Shown here: positions 24,101-36,350 of the stretch, one piece after another | Layout: each line of letters begins with the position of its first letter | How positions within the stretch are numbered: position 1 is the first letter of the stretch | DNA from: Conidiobolus incongruus B7586 | Lineage: Eukaryota | Assembly: GCA_000697335.1 (NCBI GenBank) | Contig: JNEM01010443.1 | Location: 1 to 36,350, forward strand | Length of the DNA stretch: 36,350 nt | Direction: 5' to 3' | Notes under the pieces: generated by a model | The model's database searches: none | What the model was told of the DNA's origin: nothing | The model's input: the letters and a program-made list of their open reading frames with translations, nothing else | Position numbers and translations under genes: made by a program

Positions 24101-25094
24101 ATGCTTTATAGATGGCCTTAGATCTCAATTCCCGTGTTAATTAATATAAACTCTTTCACAAATATTATATCGAAGTATATCTTCAATTTGTATTAATATA
24201 TTTTATTTCAAAATAGAAAAATTGTTATTAATTTTTAATAATTATCTATATAAGTAAATCTATATTATTTTAATTTCTTAATCCGCTCAAAATCTTTAAT
24301 ATAGTAATTCCAACTATCTTGTATTGATTCCAATAAAAGTAAAATTACTTCCTATTACGAAATTTTGGATAAATTCAAAAAAAAATGATTTAATTAATTT
24401 CAAAAATCAAATTCCCATACGCCAAAAACCCATCAAAAAGCCCTAGGTTGACATTACACCAAAGAAAAATGACGGTTAAAATATTATGCTTGCTAAAATT
24501 ACTTAATTCAAGTTACTCCGGATTACACAAATTTCTAATTTGAGAAAGTTGGATGCTTGGTGCTAATTTCCAGGTGGAATTTCTCTGAAATAAAGTATTA
24601 TTGGTTGCTGGAGATATGGGTAGCTGTCAAAATAGATTCAAGTTGATAGATTGATCTATTTATGGAATTTTGCGTTAGCTCTGTCATATGAGAACCATTA
24701 CTCAACATTAGAGTTTGTTGTCATTATCTCTTGATTATTGATGGTATCGAATAAAATACAATATAGATATGTATTGATTGTTAATGCTCTTTTTGATTGG
24801 TTGGATAGAGTTCAGTCACCTCCACATGGAACACCAATCTGCAAATAGAAATCAAAGATGAATTAGATTGTAAATACAGATCTTGATGAAAGGACCCTGA
24901 TTGGTTCCTAGCATTGAATATTTTATTAAAAGAATTGCGGGATTAATGCAATCATATTTTACGGATATGTGAGGGAGTGGAAAAGCTAAGGAGTAATTTG
25001 TTAAAATACAAGTTCCACCTTGCACCAAGTATTAATCAGATATCATCAGGAATTTTCTTAATATTGAAACCTTCAAATGATAAGTTGAAAATGA

Positions 25095-25116
25095 TGTATA
25101 AATAGATGAAATTTGG
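25095..25116 (+). promoter_or_regulatory. TATA core promoter of LPMO gene
   Basis: TGTATAAATAG 82 bp upstream of ATG 25177; conserved in the paralogous promoter at 18574. Confidence 0.7.
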
Positions 25117-25176
25117 CTAACAGTTTAGATACAAAAATTTAAGACTTTGATAGCCTTAGATACCTTAGAAAACAAA

Positions 25177-26142
25177 ATGATGAACACTATTGGACTCGCT
25201 TTGATCAGCTTACTCTCCATTGCTCCCACCTCTGGCCATATGTATGTTAGATCTCCTGCTCCCAGAGATTCTAAATTCAACAAAAATGTCAAATCTGAAA
25301 ACATCAACTACAATTTGATGGCCCCCGTTGAAAAGTATGGTTGCAGTCAATTCCATCAAACCGCCCCCATCGCAACCTACAAAGCTGGTGAAAGCATCCA
25401 ATTCACTTTCGAAGGTACTGCTGTCCACAATGGTGGTAGCTGCCAATTTGGTCTCTCTTATGATGGTGAACGTTTTATCACCTTGAAAGACGTTATTGGA
25501 GATTGTATGGTTGGTGCCAATTCCTATGATGTTCAAATTCCTAAGGATGCCCCTAACGGCCAAGCTATTGCCGGATGGTTCTGGATTAACAAGACCGGTA
25601 ATCGTGAATTCTATATGAACTGTATCGATATCACCATTGAAGGAGGTTCCGATAACAATTCACTCAGCGGCCGTTCCATTGCTGTTGCCAATCTTGCAGG
25701 CTACCCCACAGTTCCCGAAGAAGATGACGGTACCAAAGCTAAGGAGCTTTACAATGGTGCCGAAACTATCACCATTTCCAAGGGTTCTAACTCTGGTTCC
25801 TATCCTGTCAACGTTCAAACTCAAGTTGAGACTCCTAAGGAAACCCAATCCAAGCCTACTGAACCCAAAAAAGATAATGGATCTTCCTCTTCCAATAATC
25901 AATTCACTACTCCTACTTCCACCACTTCCACCACTACTCCTATTGCTACCACTACCTCAAACTCCCAAACCAACGAAAAGCCCGCCAGCGAGCCCATGAA
26001 ATGCAACCACGGTGACCTCTTTTGTGAAGACGACGAATACTACATTCAATGTGTTCACGAAGTCGGTTTTAGAAAGAGATGTAAACCCAACACCAAGTGT
26101 GTAATTAACTCTCAAGTTGCCAACTGCCTCCCAATTCAGTAA
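25177..26142 (+). CDS. AA11-type lytic polysaccharide (chitin) monooxygenase with S/T linker and Cys-rich putative chitin-binding module
   Basis: Likely start is ATG 25177. A 20-aa signal peptide is followed by His1 (25237, HMYVRSP), second His in AVHNGGSCQ, and WFWINKTGNREFYMNC with the axial Tyr. A PST-rich linker leads to a six-Cys C-terminal module (CBM19/X278-like). Confidence 0.9.
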   Translation: MMNTIGLALISLLSIAPTSGHMYVRSPAPRDSKFNKNVKSENINYNLMAPVEKYGCSQFHQTAPIATYKAGESIQFTFEGTAVHNGGSCQFGLSYDGERFITLKDVIGDCMVGANSYDVQIPKDAPNGQAIAGWFWINKTGNREFYMNCIDITIEGGSDNNSLSGRSIAVANLAGYPTVPEEDDGTKAKELYNGAETITISKGSNSGSYPVNVQTQVETPKETQSKPTEPKKDNGSSSSNNQFTTPTSTTSTTTPIATTTSNSQTNEKPASEPMKCNHGDLFCEDDEYYIQCVHEVGFRKRCKPNTKCVINSQVANCLPIQ

Positions 26143-26363
26143 TCAATATACAATCTTTTTTGGATTATATTGACTATAATTCAAAAAAAAATTTGGTCAT
26201 TTTATTAATAAATGCTGGTTATCATGATTTCTCAATAATTTAATTGAAAAAAGAATATTTTTTCTTGCATTTAATTAATTTAATTTAATTTAATATCATT
26301 ATTAAATAATCAATTTTAAATTTAAAAATTTTTTATTTTTCACAATAAAAAAGAATTATTATT

Positions 26364-26395
<32 letters not shown>

Positions 26396-26573
26396 TAATA
26401 TTATTTATGTTACTCTAAATTTTTATTCAATATTATTTTCAAAAATGAATAAAATATTAAAATTAATATTAATTATTTTTAATTTTTAATTTAAAATTTA
26501 TTCCTTAATTGTTTTATAATTTTTAATGTTAAATTTATGAATAATTTAATATGTCAAATTAATCCTTAAATTT

Positions 26574-26920
26574 TGTTAAATAAGAGACATTATTGCAAGA
26601 AGGAGCTTTACTTAAGTATTCTTACATCAACTCAATAAAATTGTCATTATTTCCTCCCATACAGATTCAATTACACTTCATTCATTGATTGGCTATTTAG
26701 CTAAGCCACCGCAGTAGTTCCGAAATCACTTTATCCGATCTACATTATAAAAATCCAGAATTCAGACGATTCGCCACAAGTTTAACCTGAGCTGGGTCCT
26801 CCCTGCTATTTGGCAAAATCTATAAAACTCCCTTTCAATCCATCTTATAGCGGAATATACCGGATCACCCCCTTTACTATTTGTGATTAGAGTACTGTTT
26901 AAACAGTAATATTAGTAACA
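26574..26920 (+). mobile_element. Solo LTR, copy 2 of 3 (most diverged)
   Basis: TGTTA...TAACA termini. 26792-26812 is the exact reverse complement of 8257-8277, and 26617-26631 of 8439-8453. Internal TATAAAA present. No clear TSD; the right end could be 26931. Confidence 0.65.
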
Positions 26921-27250
26921 ATGATATAACATTCTTTCAAAAAGAATAATAATAATAATAATAATAAATTTTTATATTTAATTAAATGAATAAATTTTAT
27001 TGATAAAAAAAGTATTAAAAAAATTTAATTAAAATTAAAAAAAAAGAATAGAGAAAAAAAAAGTTAATAATTAAAAATTTATAAAAAATGAAAATTATTT
27101 TAAAAATAAAATATATTAAATATTATTAAATTTAGATAATAAAAAAATAAAATATTGAAGTAAAAATTTAAAACCTGACAATGAATAATTCTCAAAATGG
27201 CACTAAGAACAAATTATAAATGTGTATTTCTTAAATTTAAGTAGTATCAA

Positions 27251-27322
27251 TCCGATATGGTCCAGTGGTTAGGATTTCTCGCTTTCACCGAGACGGCCAG
27301 GGTTCGATTCCCTGTATCGGAG
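27251..27322 (+). tRNA. tRNA-Glu (anticodon TTC), intronless
   Basis: 72-nt cloverleaf: acceptor TCCGATA/TATCGGA, D arm GTCC/GGAT, anticodon stem TCTCG/CGAGA with loop CTTTCAC, T arm CAGGG-TTCGATT-CCCTG. A T-run terminator follows. Confidence 0.97.
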
Positions 27323-27992
27323 AATATTAATTTTATTTTCATTTTTTTACTATAATAAAATTTCAATAATTTTGATATTTATTTGAATTAAATCTTAATA
27401 TTTTTATTAATTTAAATTTTAAATACTTTTTTCTTTTTATTTTATTAAAATTAAGAAAAAAAATTTTTTTTCAATTTTTTTTATTTTAATTAATATTTAT
27501 TTTTTATTTTTAAAATCATTAATTTATTGATAAATTAATAGAATAAATTGAATAATATATTATTCAAACTAAAATACATTTATATTCAATTATTACAATA
27601 TTCTACATATTTTTTATACTTATATTTGAAACCAATTAATATTAATTAAAAATTAATTTTAATAAAATAATTAATTCAAATATTTGTTAAATTTAAAATA
27701 AAATATAAATTGTATAATTAATAATGTTAAAAATATCATTTTACATATATGTATTATGCGATAATTATTTATTTACTAAAAAAAAATATTGGAAAATATT
27801 CAACAGTATATACTAATCAAGACTTAAATTAATAAAAATTGAGGATTTAAAATTAAAATTGAGTAATAAAGTAATTCTTTTTGGCGATTGTCAATTCACA
27901 TTTATTAATTACATAAAGTATAGAGCTATCAAATACTCCTAGATTTTAACCAGTAAAATATAGGAGTTGTCAATAATTGGAAGTTAAAGTGA

Positions 27993-28964
27993 TTAACGAC
28001 AGAATGATGCATCGCCTTCAGTAATGCATTTGGTTCCCTTTGAGCAGGTGAATTTAAATAATTGATTGCTACCACAGAATGTAATGGTATTCTCATCGAA
28101 ACAGCCGATGATATCGGGATTGCAAGCGGGTTTGTTGCTGTTGTCATCGTTGACTGTTTCTTTATTTTCATCCTTTTGTTGGGGTTCAGGTCGCTTTTGA
28201 GGTTGAGGTTGAGGTTGAGGTTGAGGTTGGGGCTGGGGTTGGGATTCGGGTTGAGATTGAGCGTTAACTTGGATTTTGGGAGTATCTTTAATATTAAGAT
28301 TAACCTTAGCATCTACTTCGGGAGCGGGTTCAACATTGTAAGAGGGACCTCCAGACTTTGAAATAGTAATAGTCTTTGCACTTTGGTAGAGCTCCTTAGT
28401 CATTGGGATACCACTTTCACCCTCAGGGATCTCTTTGTATCCAGGCAAGTTAGCAATGGCAATGGAGCGACCGCTGATTTCGTTCTTGTCAGAGCCACCT
28501 TCAATAGTAGCATCAATGCAGTTGATATAGTATTCACGGTTTCCGGTCTTGTTGATCCAGAACCAACCCAAGATAACATCACCATTGGGAGCATCTTCGG
28601 GAATCTTGACATCGTAAGAGTTAGCGCCAATCATACAGTCGCCAATTACATCAAGTAAAGTAATGAAGCTGACACCGTCGTAAGACATACCAAATTGGCA
28701 ACTGCCACCATTGTGCACAGCAGTACCTGCAAAGGTAAATGGTACAGTTTGACCGGCGGTGTAAGTAGCGACTGGAGCATTCTTTTTATATTGACCACAT
28801 CCAGGTTTTTTAACAGGTGCCATTAGGTTGTAGTTGATGTTTTCAGACTTGACATTTGGATTGAATTTGGATTCTCTCACTGGAGGAGATTGGACCATCA
28901 TATGGCCATTGGCTGGTGAAATGGTGAGTAAGGTAGTTAAGGTTAAGACAATCGCGTTCAACAT
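27993..28964 (-). CDS. AA11-type lytic polysaccharide monooxygenase with (QP)n linker and Cys-rich putative chitin-binding module
   Basis: Likely start is ATG 28964 (the ORF-track start is a TTG further upstream). Signal peptide MLNAIV...ANG is followed by His1 (HMMVQSP), AVHNGGSCQ and WFWINKTGNREYYINC, then a QPQPQP linker and a six-Cys C-terminal module. Confidence 0.9.
   Translation of the reverse strand: MLNAIVLTLTTLLTISPANGHMMVQSPPVRESKFNPNVKSENINYNLMAPVKKPGCGQYKKNAPVATYTAGQTVPFTFAGTAVHNGGSCQFGMSYDGVSFITLLDVIGDCMIGANSYDVKIPEDAPNGDVILGWFWINKTGNREYYINCIDATIEGGSDKNEISGRSIAIANLPGYKEIPEGESGIPMTKELYQSAKTITISKSGGPSYNVEPAPEVDAKVNLNIKDTPKIQVNAQSQPESQPQPQPQPQPQPQPQKRPEPQQKDENKETVNDDNSNKPACNPDIIGCFDENTITFCGSNQLFKFTCSKGTKCITEGDASFCR
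28197..28260 (-). repeat. Hexanucleotide (CAACCT/CAACCC) repeat encoding the Gln-Pro linker
   Basis: (TGAGGT)n on the plus strand. Confidence 0.9.
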
Positions 28965-30509
28965 GATTGGAATAGAGAGGTAACTGGATGAGTTGGTAGA
29001 TTGGATGTGCTGTCGAAATTGCTGATACTTGCTCAACTATTTATATCAAATATACCGATGTTAAAAAGCTACCAATCACTTGATTTATGCAGTGCAAAAC
29101 ATTATCACAATTTAGTTCTGAGAATAAGTGGTTTTAATAGAGTAGTAACTATATGCATTGACCTCTTTTGCGGGATTCTAATTTATCAACATTTCGCCAA
29201 ATGAACATTTCCATTCAAAAATCCTTAATATGGTAATTTGTGATTTCAAATTATTTTGTTACTTTATTTCAAATAATTTGAATGATAAAATTTTGATAAT
29301 ATCTGAAATTAAAATTATCAATCTCTAAAAATGATGTCAATATTATAATTGAATTTTGTTTACGTGAATGAATAATTATTATATATCAATATTTTAAAAG
29401 TCCACTATAATCTTAAAGCATCTTTCAACTAAAAATAATTATATCTAATTTTTATTGATAATTTTAAATCTATCAAATATTGTGTAGAAAAAATAGCTCA
29501 ACCAAAGTCAACTTCTAAGATTAGAATTTTGAAGAATTTGATTTCGGAATTAAATTTTGTTTATTAAATCTGAAAAATAATTTTTATTCGCTGGTTAAGT
29601 TATATCTTTAGTCCGAGTTTAATTATAACTGTCAAAATTTCTAAAACAAAGGTCAGATGATGAATTGATCGCTCAATCAATTGTCAAGCAAAATTATATC
29701 TAAAGCGATTTGAACGGTTTTCAATCTATTATTAGTACCACTTCAAAAACCACTTCTTATTCAGATTTAACCTGCTTTTAAGTATAAATTTTGGGGTGAT
29801 ATTCATGGGTAATCTATTTCAATCAATCTAGTTATTAGTTATTAAATTTGTATCACTCCATCAATTACATATCCAATCAATTGTATTATAAACACATTTT
29901 CAAATTATATAAAATCCTCAAAGGTAACTTGAATAAACTCGCAGTTGCATTAGAACCCTTGTATACAATTAAATTAAATATAGAGGTTTTATCAAAGTGG
30001 TGAAAAATAACTGAAAATTTTTTTTCAAATAGCTTATTTTGAAAAAGTTTGATTACGGATTTTAATTTGTTCATAATAGTTTTTTCCTTGATCTATTTTT
30101 GCTATCTATATAGTTATATAATCTAAATTTAACTTTTTACAATCTAAATTATGTCAAACTCCAAATTCAATTTTAATAATTTATATTTGCTCTTTATTCA
30201 TTATATTTTTCAAGTTATTGTTAATAATAACTATATCAGTATATCACATGTTGTAAAAATGTATAATATATTGTGTTAGTTATTACAATCAAACTTAATA
30301 TTTTCCTCAAGTATCAAATAGTGCTTAAGTATATTATTTTACTTTTTGTAATCAAGAGCAATATACTCTATTGATTTGAAATTAGAACTTTTTAATATTT
30401 TAACTATTTATGCTAAGTATAATAATTGGTATGGTTAATAAAAAATGCTTACTCGTATACAAAAATCAAAGATATAACCTATTTTTATATAAAAGAAATC
30501 AACTTCATT

Positions 30510-30863
30510 TGCAAATAATTAATTATTATAATGATACTTCTTGGGAAGGAATTGTCCAAATGAATTTAGATAAATTAGAGATTTGGGGAACTCCAGGTAA
30601 GTGTTAGAGAGATAAGGGTTTATTGGTTTAAATTAAATAGCTGAAAGGACCCAGGCCGAGTACGTCTCTTTAAGAATTACTTTAATTCCGGGTTTTATAT
30701 AGATTGAGTTGAGTAAGCTAATTTAAGAGATTCTCCGTTGACTTGCATCATCGGCCAATTAAAAGATAGACCAAAAGTATCTGGTATGCGAGGAGGAAAT
30801 GATTTTAACATTAGATTGATGTGAAAATATATATGTAGAAGGGAGTCACCTGACTCAGCAACA
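30510..30863 (-). mobile_element. Solo LTR, copy 3 of 3
   Basis: Colinear with 8132-8486 over ~350 bp (GGACCCAG, GGTTTTATATA, GACTTGCAT, GCCAATTAAAA, GTAGAAGGG). TG...CA ends; TSD not clear. Confidence 0.7.
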
Positions 30864-32163
30864 ATTCCACCATTCCCGAATTACTGTTAACATTTGAATT
30901 CAAATAGCAGTAATTTAACTATATATTAAAGTCATTTCATTTTAATAACATTATTTGAAAAGTTTATAAAACATATTTATTTTATAATACCAATAAAATT
31001 TACTATAAATATTGCAAATTTAAAATATGTACTAGATTCTCAAATGACATGTATAACAATTTTCAAAAATATGTATTTTACTATAACCAAATTCTAAAAA
31101 TAAATTTGAAATTGCAAAACTTTGCAGCATTTTTGAGTGTTAACAATTATTCAGGAACAGAAGAATTATTATATATTCAATAAACTAAATTTTCAAAATT
31201 GTCTAACTTTAATTGCTATTTTTAAAAAATTATTTGTACTTTTAATATATGTTTTGATAATAATTATCTTCTACCGTTCAGTTTTATCAAAGTTGATAAA
31301 AGTTGAACAATGATTTTTTGATCAAATAAAATACTTTTATTGAAAAATTAAAAATGAATTTTAGCTTGGAAGATTTGATATATTTTATTATTCTAAAAAG
31401 TATATAGATTGTATATCATTCAAATATCACTTAATTAATTAAAGTAAAAACTTGACTAAGTCTCCTTATTAACATAAGGATATGAAATCATGAAAAACTG
31501 ATTGTTAAAATACAAAAGCCCATATTGATCATAGTTAATAATTGAAAATACTACAATAATTCTATAATCTCTTTGACTAAAAAATTTAATGTATCTGGAC
31601 CAACAATTATTTTTTTTCGATAAAATTGATTATATTGAAATTTACACATATTTATTCAGATATATCATTAATCTGAGTTTGTAATCCCAGAATAATCACG
31701 CTTATGTCTTAAAATTTACAATATTCATGATGAAAAGTAAGCATTATATTAATATATTATTTCAACCACTTAAGATAGTTAATATTTGAAATATACCCAA
31801 ATACACCAATTTAAAAACAATATATACCCTTGTAGCAGTTGTTTTAATAATTTTAAAAAATAAAAAATTTGCATTTATTTTATCTATAATTGATCTTTTT
31901 CAAATTTCATTAGGCTATTATTCATTTCTTCAAAACCTACTTAACAATTATATTTTTAATTAATTAACAAATAAATTTTCAAAATTTAAAATGTTAATTT
32001 TTATATTAATTCTATAATTGATCCAGAAAATATTATACTAAGTTCAAAAAATAAAAATATTAGGATAATATATATATATATATATATATAAGAAATATGT
32101 CAGATTTTTTATTGATAAATTTGTAGTTTAATATTGATAATAATTGAACAAATTTTATAATTA

Positions 32164-33465
32164 TTACCTTGAATTTAAAATAATAGGAAATTTTTTAATT
32201 TCTGATTTTTCAAATATATTATTAATTTGAAATTAATAAATATATACAAAATCAATAGGAAATTATATATTTCTAATATATATAATAATTTTTTTGGTTA
32301 AAAAATTAACTTTTTAAAATTGGTTATTTAATTTAATTATGCTTAAACCAAATAATAATCATTAAAAGTTTTTTATTTTAGTATTAATAAAACTTAACTA
32401 TAAACTTTTTAAAATTATTTAAAATTTACAAGTAATTTTTAATAATGAAGTATAATTTAAATCAACAATTTATTATTAGGTAAATTACTTTAAAGTTAAG
32501 AGAGAAATTATTTAAAACTTATTAAAATTTAAAAAACTAACTTTAACAATTACTCTTTTAATTATTAATAAAGTGAAAAAATATATTAAAAAATACTTTT
32601 TTATTTTAATTAAAAAATTATCTAAATATTTTATTATTAGTTTTATAAGTATTTTATAAATATTAGAGTTTAAACTTAAATTAATAAATAAAAATATAAA
32701 ATAAATACCTTATAATTTAACTAAAGCTTAAAAAAAGTTAAAGTAGTTATTATTAAACAAAACTTATTAAAGTATTATTAGAGACTTAAACTTTTATAGT
32801 GAATAACTATAATTAATGAATTTTAAATCTTTATGTATAATTTTCTATTAAAACATAAATCAAAATGTTAAATTAAGTTAAATTAACCTTCTTTATAAAT
32901 CCCTTTAAATAAACATTTTATTAATAAATAAATGTTAATTATTATAATAAATTATAATAATATATACTATTTTTATTTAATTCTTAAAGGAAAATTAATT
33001 AATAATAAACTTTATATTGTTTTTTTAAATAAAAGTATTTTTAATTAGTATTTTTAATATAATTAAGAGAACTTATTATTTTACATGATAATTATAAAAT
33101 ATATAAATTTAAAGTTATAAAAAACTTTCTAATTAAAAATAACTAGAAAAAACTACTAAATCTAGTATACTCTTTAAATTATAACTTATGTAATTATAAT
33201 TGCTTTAAGCAATTAAAAAACTAGTTTACAAGAAAAAAAATTTCTATAGGAAAATTTAATTAATTTATAAAATATTAAATTTTAGTCTTTAATAAAAAGA
33301 ATTATTTTTTAAGTATTAGATCCTTATTAAAAATATAACAAAAAGTTATTAATAATAAAAGAAACTATTAAATTTATAATATATATTTATTTTTATATAT
33401 CATATATTAAAATATTTATTTATTTTTAATTGCAAAAAATTCCCATTATTAAAAATACAGAGTAA
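32164..33465 (+). mobile_element. Full-length defective mariner (DD34D) transposon, copy B, 1302 bp
   Basis: Colinear end to end with 19859-21182, with the same TIRs and TA flanks. It is further depleted of G/C and retains LHDN. Confidence 0.95.
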
Positions 33466-34305
33466 TAAATTAAATTAATAATTTTTAAATTGAAAATTTC
33501 TGAATTCATGATTAACATTTAAGATCAATTAAAAATATAATATATATATTATATAATTATAACAAGCAAAGTATTGAAAATGTATGTATATATAATAAAA
33601 TAATATTTTTTTTAAAATGATCATTCTTTAATACATATTAAGTTAATCAACCTTAATAAAATAAAAAGATTATTTAAGTTATAATTAAGTGGTAGATTAT
33701 TGCTTGATATAATCAATTTAATCAAATATAAAAATATATATAACGTAATTTTTATATAAATCTTTTTATCCCAATATTTTCACCTGATTTATTGTCCATT
33801 ATTTATGAGATATATCTTATGTTATTTAAAGTCAACTTACGTTAATTTTATAATATATAATGAACTTAATTCATTTAATCAAATAAAATGAAACAAATGG
33901 GTGAATAATGAGATTTTATAAAATAATAAGAATTCTCTTAAACATTTTTGAATAATCCCATATTGTGAATTAATTATTTAAATATATAGCCAGATATAAT
34001 TCATAACAAAAATATTATAGATCTAATTATTTTGAAATTAACAAATGGTTAATTATTACAATAGGAATTAAGATATTGAGCTACCATATAAAATTTACCT
34101 GAACAAGGATAATTTATTTTCGAATCTATAAATTCAATATATTTTAATAATTTTTGATGATTATTTAAATATATAATTCATAATGTATTTGATAAATATA
34201 TATTAGTAATATGAAAAATATAATTGTATTAAGACCAGAACCGTAAATAATTATTTTATTAAATATAAAGTTTTGATTATATGACTTGAAGTTTGACTCA
34301 CAATG

Positions 34306-35013
34306 TTATGACTTCCATTGAAAAATAGATCCAACTAATGTAATTACTGGAATTGAACCCATCATAATCCAAACTTGGACATCAGGATTTGAAAAATTGC
34401 TATTTTGAAAAGTATCTGAAGGTATATCGGAAAACTCAATATTAGTTATTAAATCAATTCCAGTAATGAAAAAATTAGCTCCTATGAATGAACTCCCAAA
34501 AATGATAAAAAATTTTGTAAATATATATGTAATCAAAGTGAATATAACAGAAAGTACAATGATGATAATGAACGAAAGATTCATACTAGTTGTAAAATTA
34601 ATACGATTGATCCATTGACCTATATTCCAACCAATGAAGAAACCAAATGCTAGTAGACCTAATTTCCAAGAAATCCATGTAAAACATGCTGCCGTTAAGC
34701 CTATAAGAACTGCTGCAACCCAAGTCCATATATCTTGCTTTGAAGATAAATTATTCGAATTTGCAATTACAGCTGATGCTGAGAAAACTAGAGAAAAAAA
34801 TCCCAAAAAGGCAGAAATTGCAAATATGAGTTTAATGATATGTTTACCCGCGAAAAGAAATAGAAGACCTACAATCATAAATATGACACCACAGGTAATA
34901 CTGCCAGGATCAGTGTTTAGTCTGGAACTTTTAAAAGTTTCGCAAGAAATAAATTTAATAAAAAACAGCCATTGAATCAAAACACTTAGACTCCTAGTTA
35001 AACAACACACCAT
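34306..35013 (-). CDS. DUF4203/TMEM198-family multi-pass membrane protein
   Basis: 235 aa with a probable signal peptide and ~7 TM helices. Family-like patterns include GLLFLFAGKHIIK, GFFIG and SSFIGANFFITGID. Confidence 0.75.
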   Translation of the reverse strand: MVCCLTRSLSVLIQWLFFIKFISCETFKSSRLNTDPGSITCGVIFMIVGLLFLFAGKHIIKLIFAISAFLGFFSLVFSASAVIANSNNLSSKQDIWTWVAAVLIGLTAACFTWISWKLGLLAFGFFIGWNIGQWINRINFTTSMNLSFIIIIVLSVIFTLITYIFTKFFIIFGSSFIGANFFITGIDLITNIEFSDIPSDTFQNSNFSNPDVQVWIMMGSIPVITLVGSIFQWKS

Positions 35014-36350
35014 AATATGGAAAATTATTAAATAAAATTCATTAAAAAATTTATGTTGAGAAAATCAGGGATATATATATTTGATATTATTTGTACTGAT
35101 TCACTTGATTAAATTTAATTAATATTCAATTCAAAATGGCTGTCACACCAAAATTTTTATGGACTAGCCTTAATTTTTATTCAAATTGAAATCATCATTC
35201 ATCACAATTTCAAAATTTGATTTGAGGATTTTAATTTAAATACTGATTTCTAATAAATAAAATTCGAAATAGATTCAATTGATACAAATATAAATATTTG
35301 GCTCCACTAAATTATCAATTTTGGGAGTAGATGAATAGTTTGAAAGTGAAAAATTGTGATTAATCATTTAATCAGATGGTTGTAAGAAATTTGGGACAGT
35401 CTAAAATTTAAATACAGGTGATAACAGCAATTTGGTTAAAATTAATTGAAATATTCATTAAAAAACTGCCTAAATTTCGTACTTTTCCCTGAGAGTTGGA
35501 GAAACTATTAATTTAAAGTTTAGTGAAAAATATATTAATAGGTATTCAACCCATTGTTTTGAAAATTTAAATTAAGTAAATGATGCTATTTGAGTATATG
35601 AGTTAAATTAAAAGATATAAAGAGAATAAACACATTATCGATGATTATAAAATAAAAAAATTGAGTCCTTTTATATAATCAAACTTTAAAAAAGTTGATT
35701 ACATAATATAATCACAACATGATTTTTATAATTTCTGGTCATTATTTTAAATACATATTATAATTATTTTTAAAATTTTAAAATATTATTAAAATTAAAA
35801 ATATTTAAAGTGGAATAAAATATTTGTTATGCATTTCATTTTTATGTCAGGTTATATTGAAACAAGTAAACTATAATTATATTATATAGGAATATCTTAA
35901 TTATATCTGCTTGATTATAATAACTTCAAAACTTAGTGATAAATGAAAACTATTAAGTTTGGTTTAATTGGAATTAATTCTTTTCAAATATATATTAAGC
36001 AGATAAACATATATAATTTGATAAATATTATTACTACCAAAATTAAATATTGGCAAAAATTTTAAAATTTATTCAAAATTATTTATATATTAATTATAAA
36101 AATTAATACATAATATAAAATGATTATTTTTTATTATTAATAACTTTTTACCATATTTTTTATAAGCTTCTTACCCCAAAAAACAATTTTTTATTAAATC
36201 CTAAAATTAAAATTTTATATATTAATTGAAATTATTTATAGGTATTATTTTTTTTAAAAATAATTATTAATTAATTAAACAGATTATATTTAGATAAATT
36301 ATAATTTAGTAAATATATTAAATATAATATTTTATAAGTTCTTTATATAA

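Noticed and set aside
25125..25999. ORFs overlapping real genes in antisense or shifted frames (also in OMS1, SMP-30, the other LPMO copies and DUF4203)
   Set aside because: Shadow ORFs caused by codon bias of the true genes.
26574..27322. tRNA-targeted LTR integration
   Set aside because: The LTR is ~330 bp from the tRNA, and the other two copies have no tRNA nearby.
1..36350. CRISPR array or prokaryotic defence system
   Set aside because: There is no repeat-spacer periodicity, and the sequence is eukaryotic with spliceosomal introns.

Overview
Very AT-rich eukaryotic genomic DNA with short (47-58 bp) GT-AG introns. The gene content suggests an early-diverging fungus, probably Zoopagomycota/Entomophthoromycotina-like (inference). 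Intact genes: a 5-exon cytochrome P450, an OMS1-like methyltransferase, a secreted SMP-30/gluconolactonase, two convergent AA11-type lytic polysaccharide monooxygenases (LPMOs) with Cys-rich C-terminal modules, a DUF4203/TMEM198 membrane protein and tRNA-Glu(TTC). The LPMO family has turned over locally. A third copy is a pseudogene, and a fourth gene shares the LPMO core promoter and signal peptide but encodes a low-complexity, mucin-like protein. Intergenic DNA holds two full-length DD34D mariner copies, one DD34E Tc1 copy and probable LINE remnants. The mariner and Tc1 copies are destroyed by dense C>T/G>A (RIP-like) transitions, whereas three ~350-bp solo LTRs retain their CpGs. A candidate box C/D snoRNA lies upstream of OMS1.
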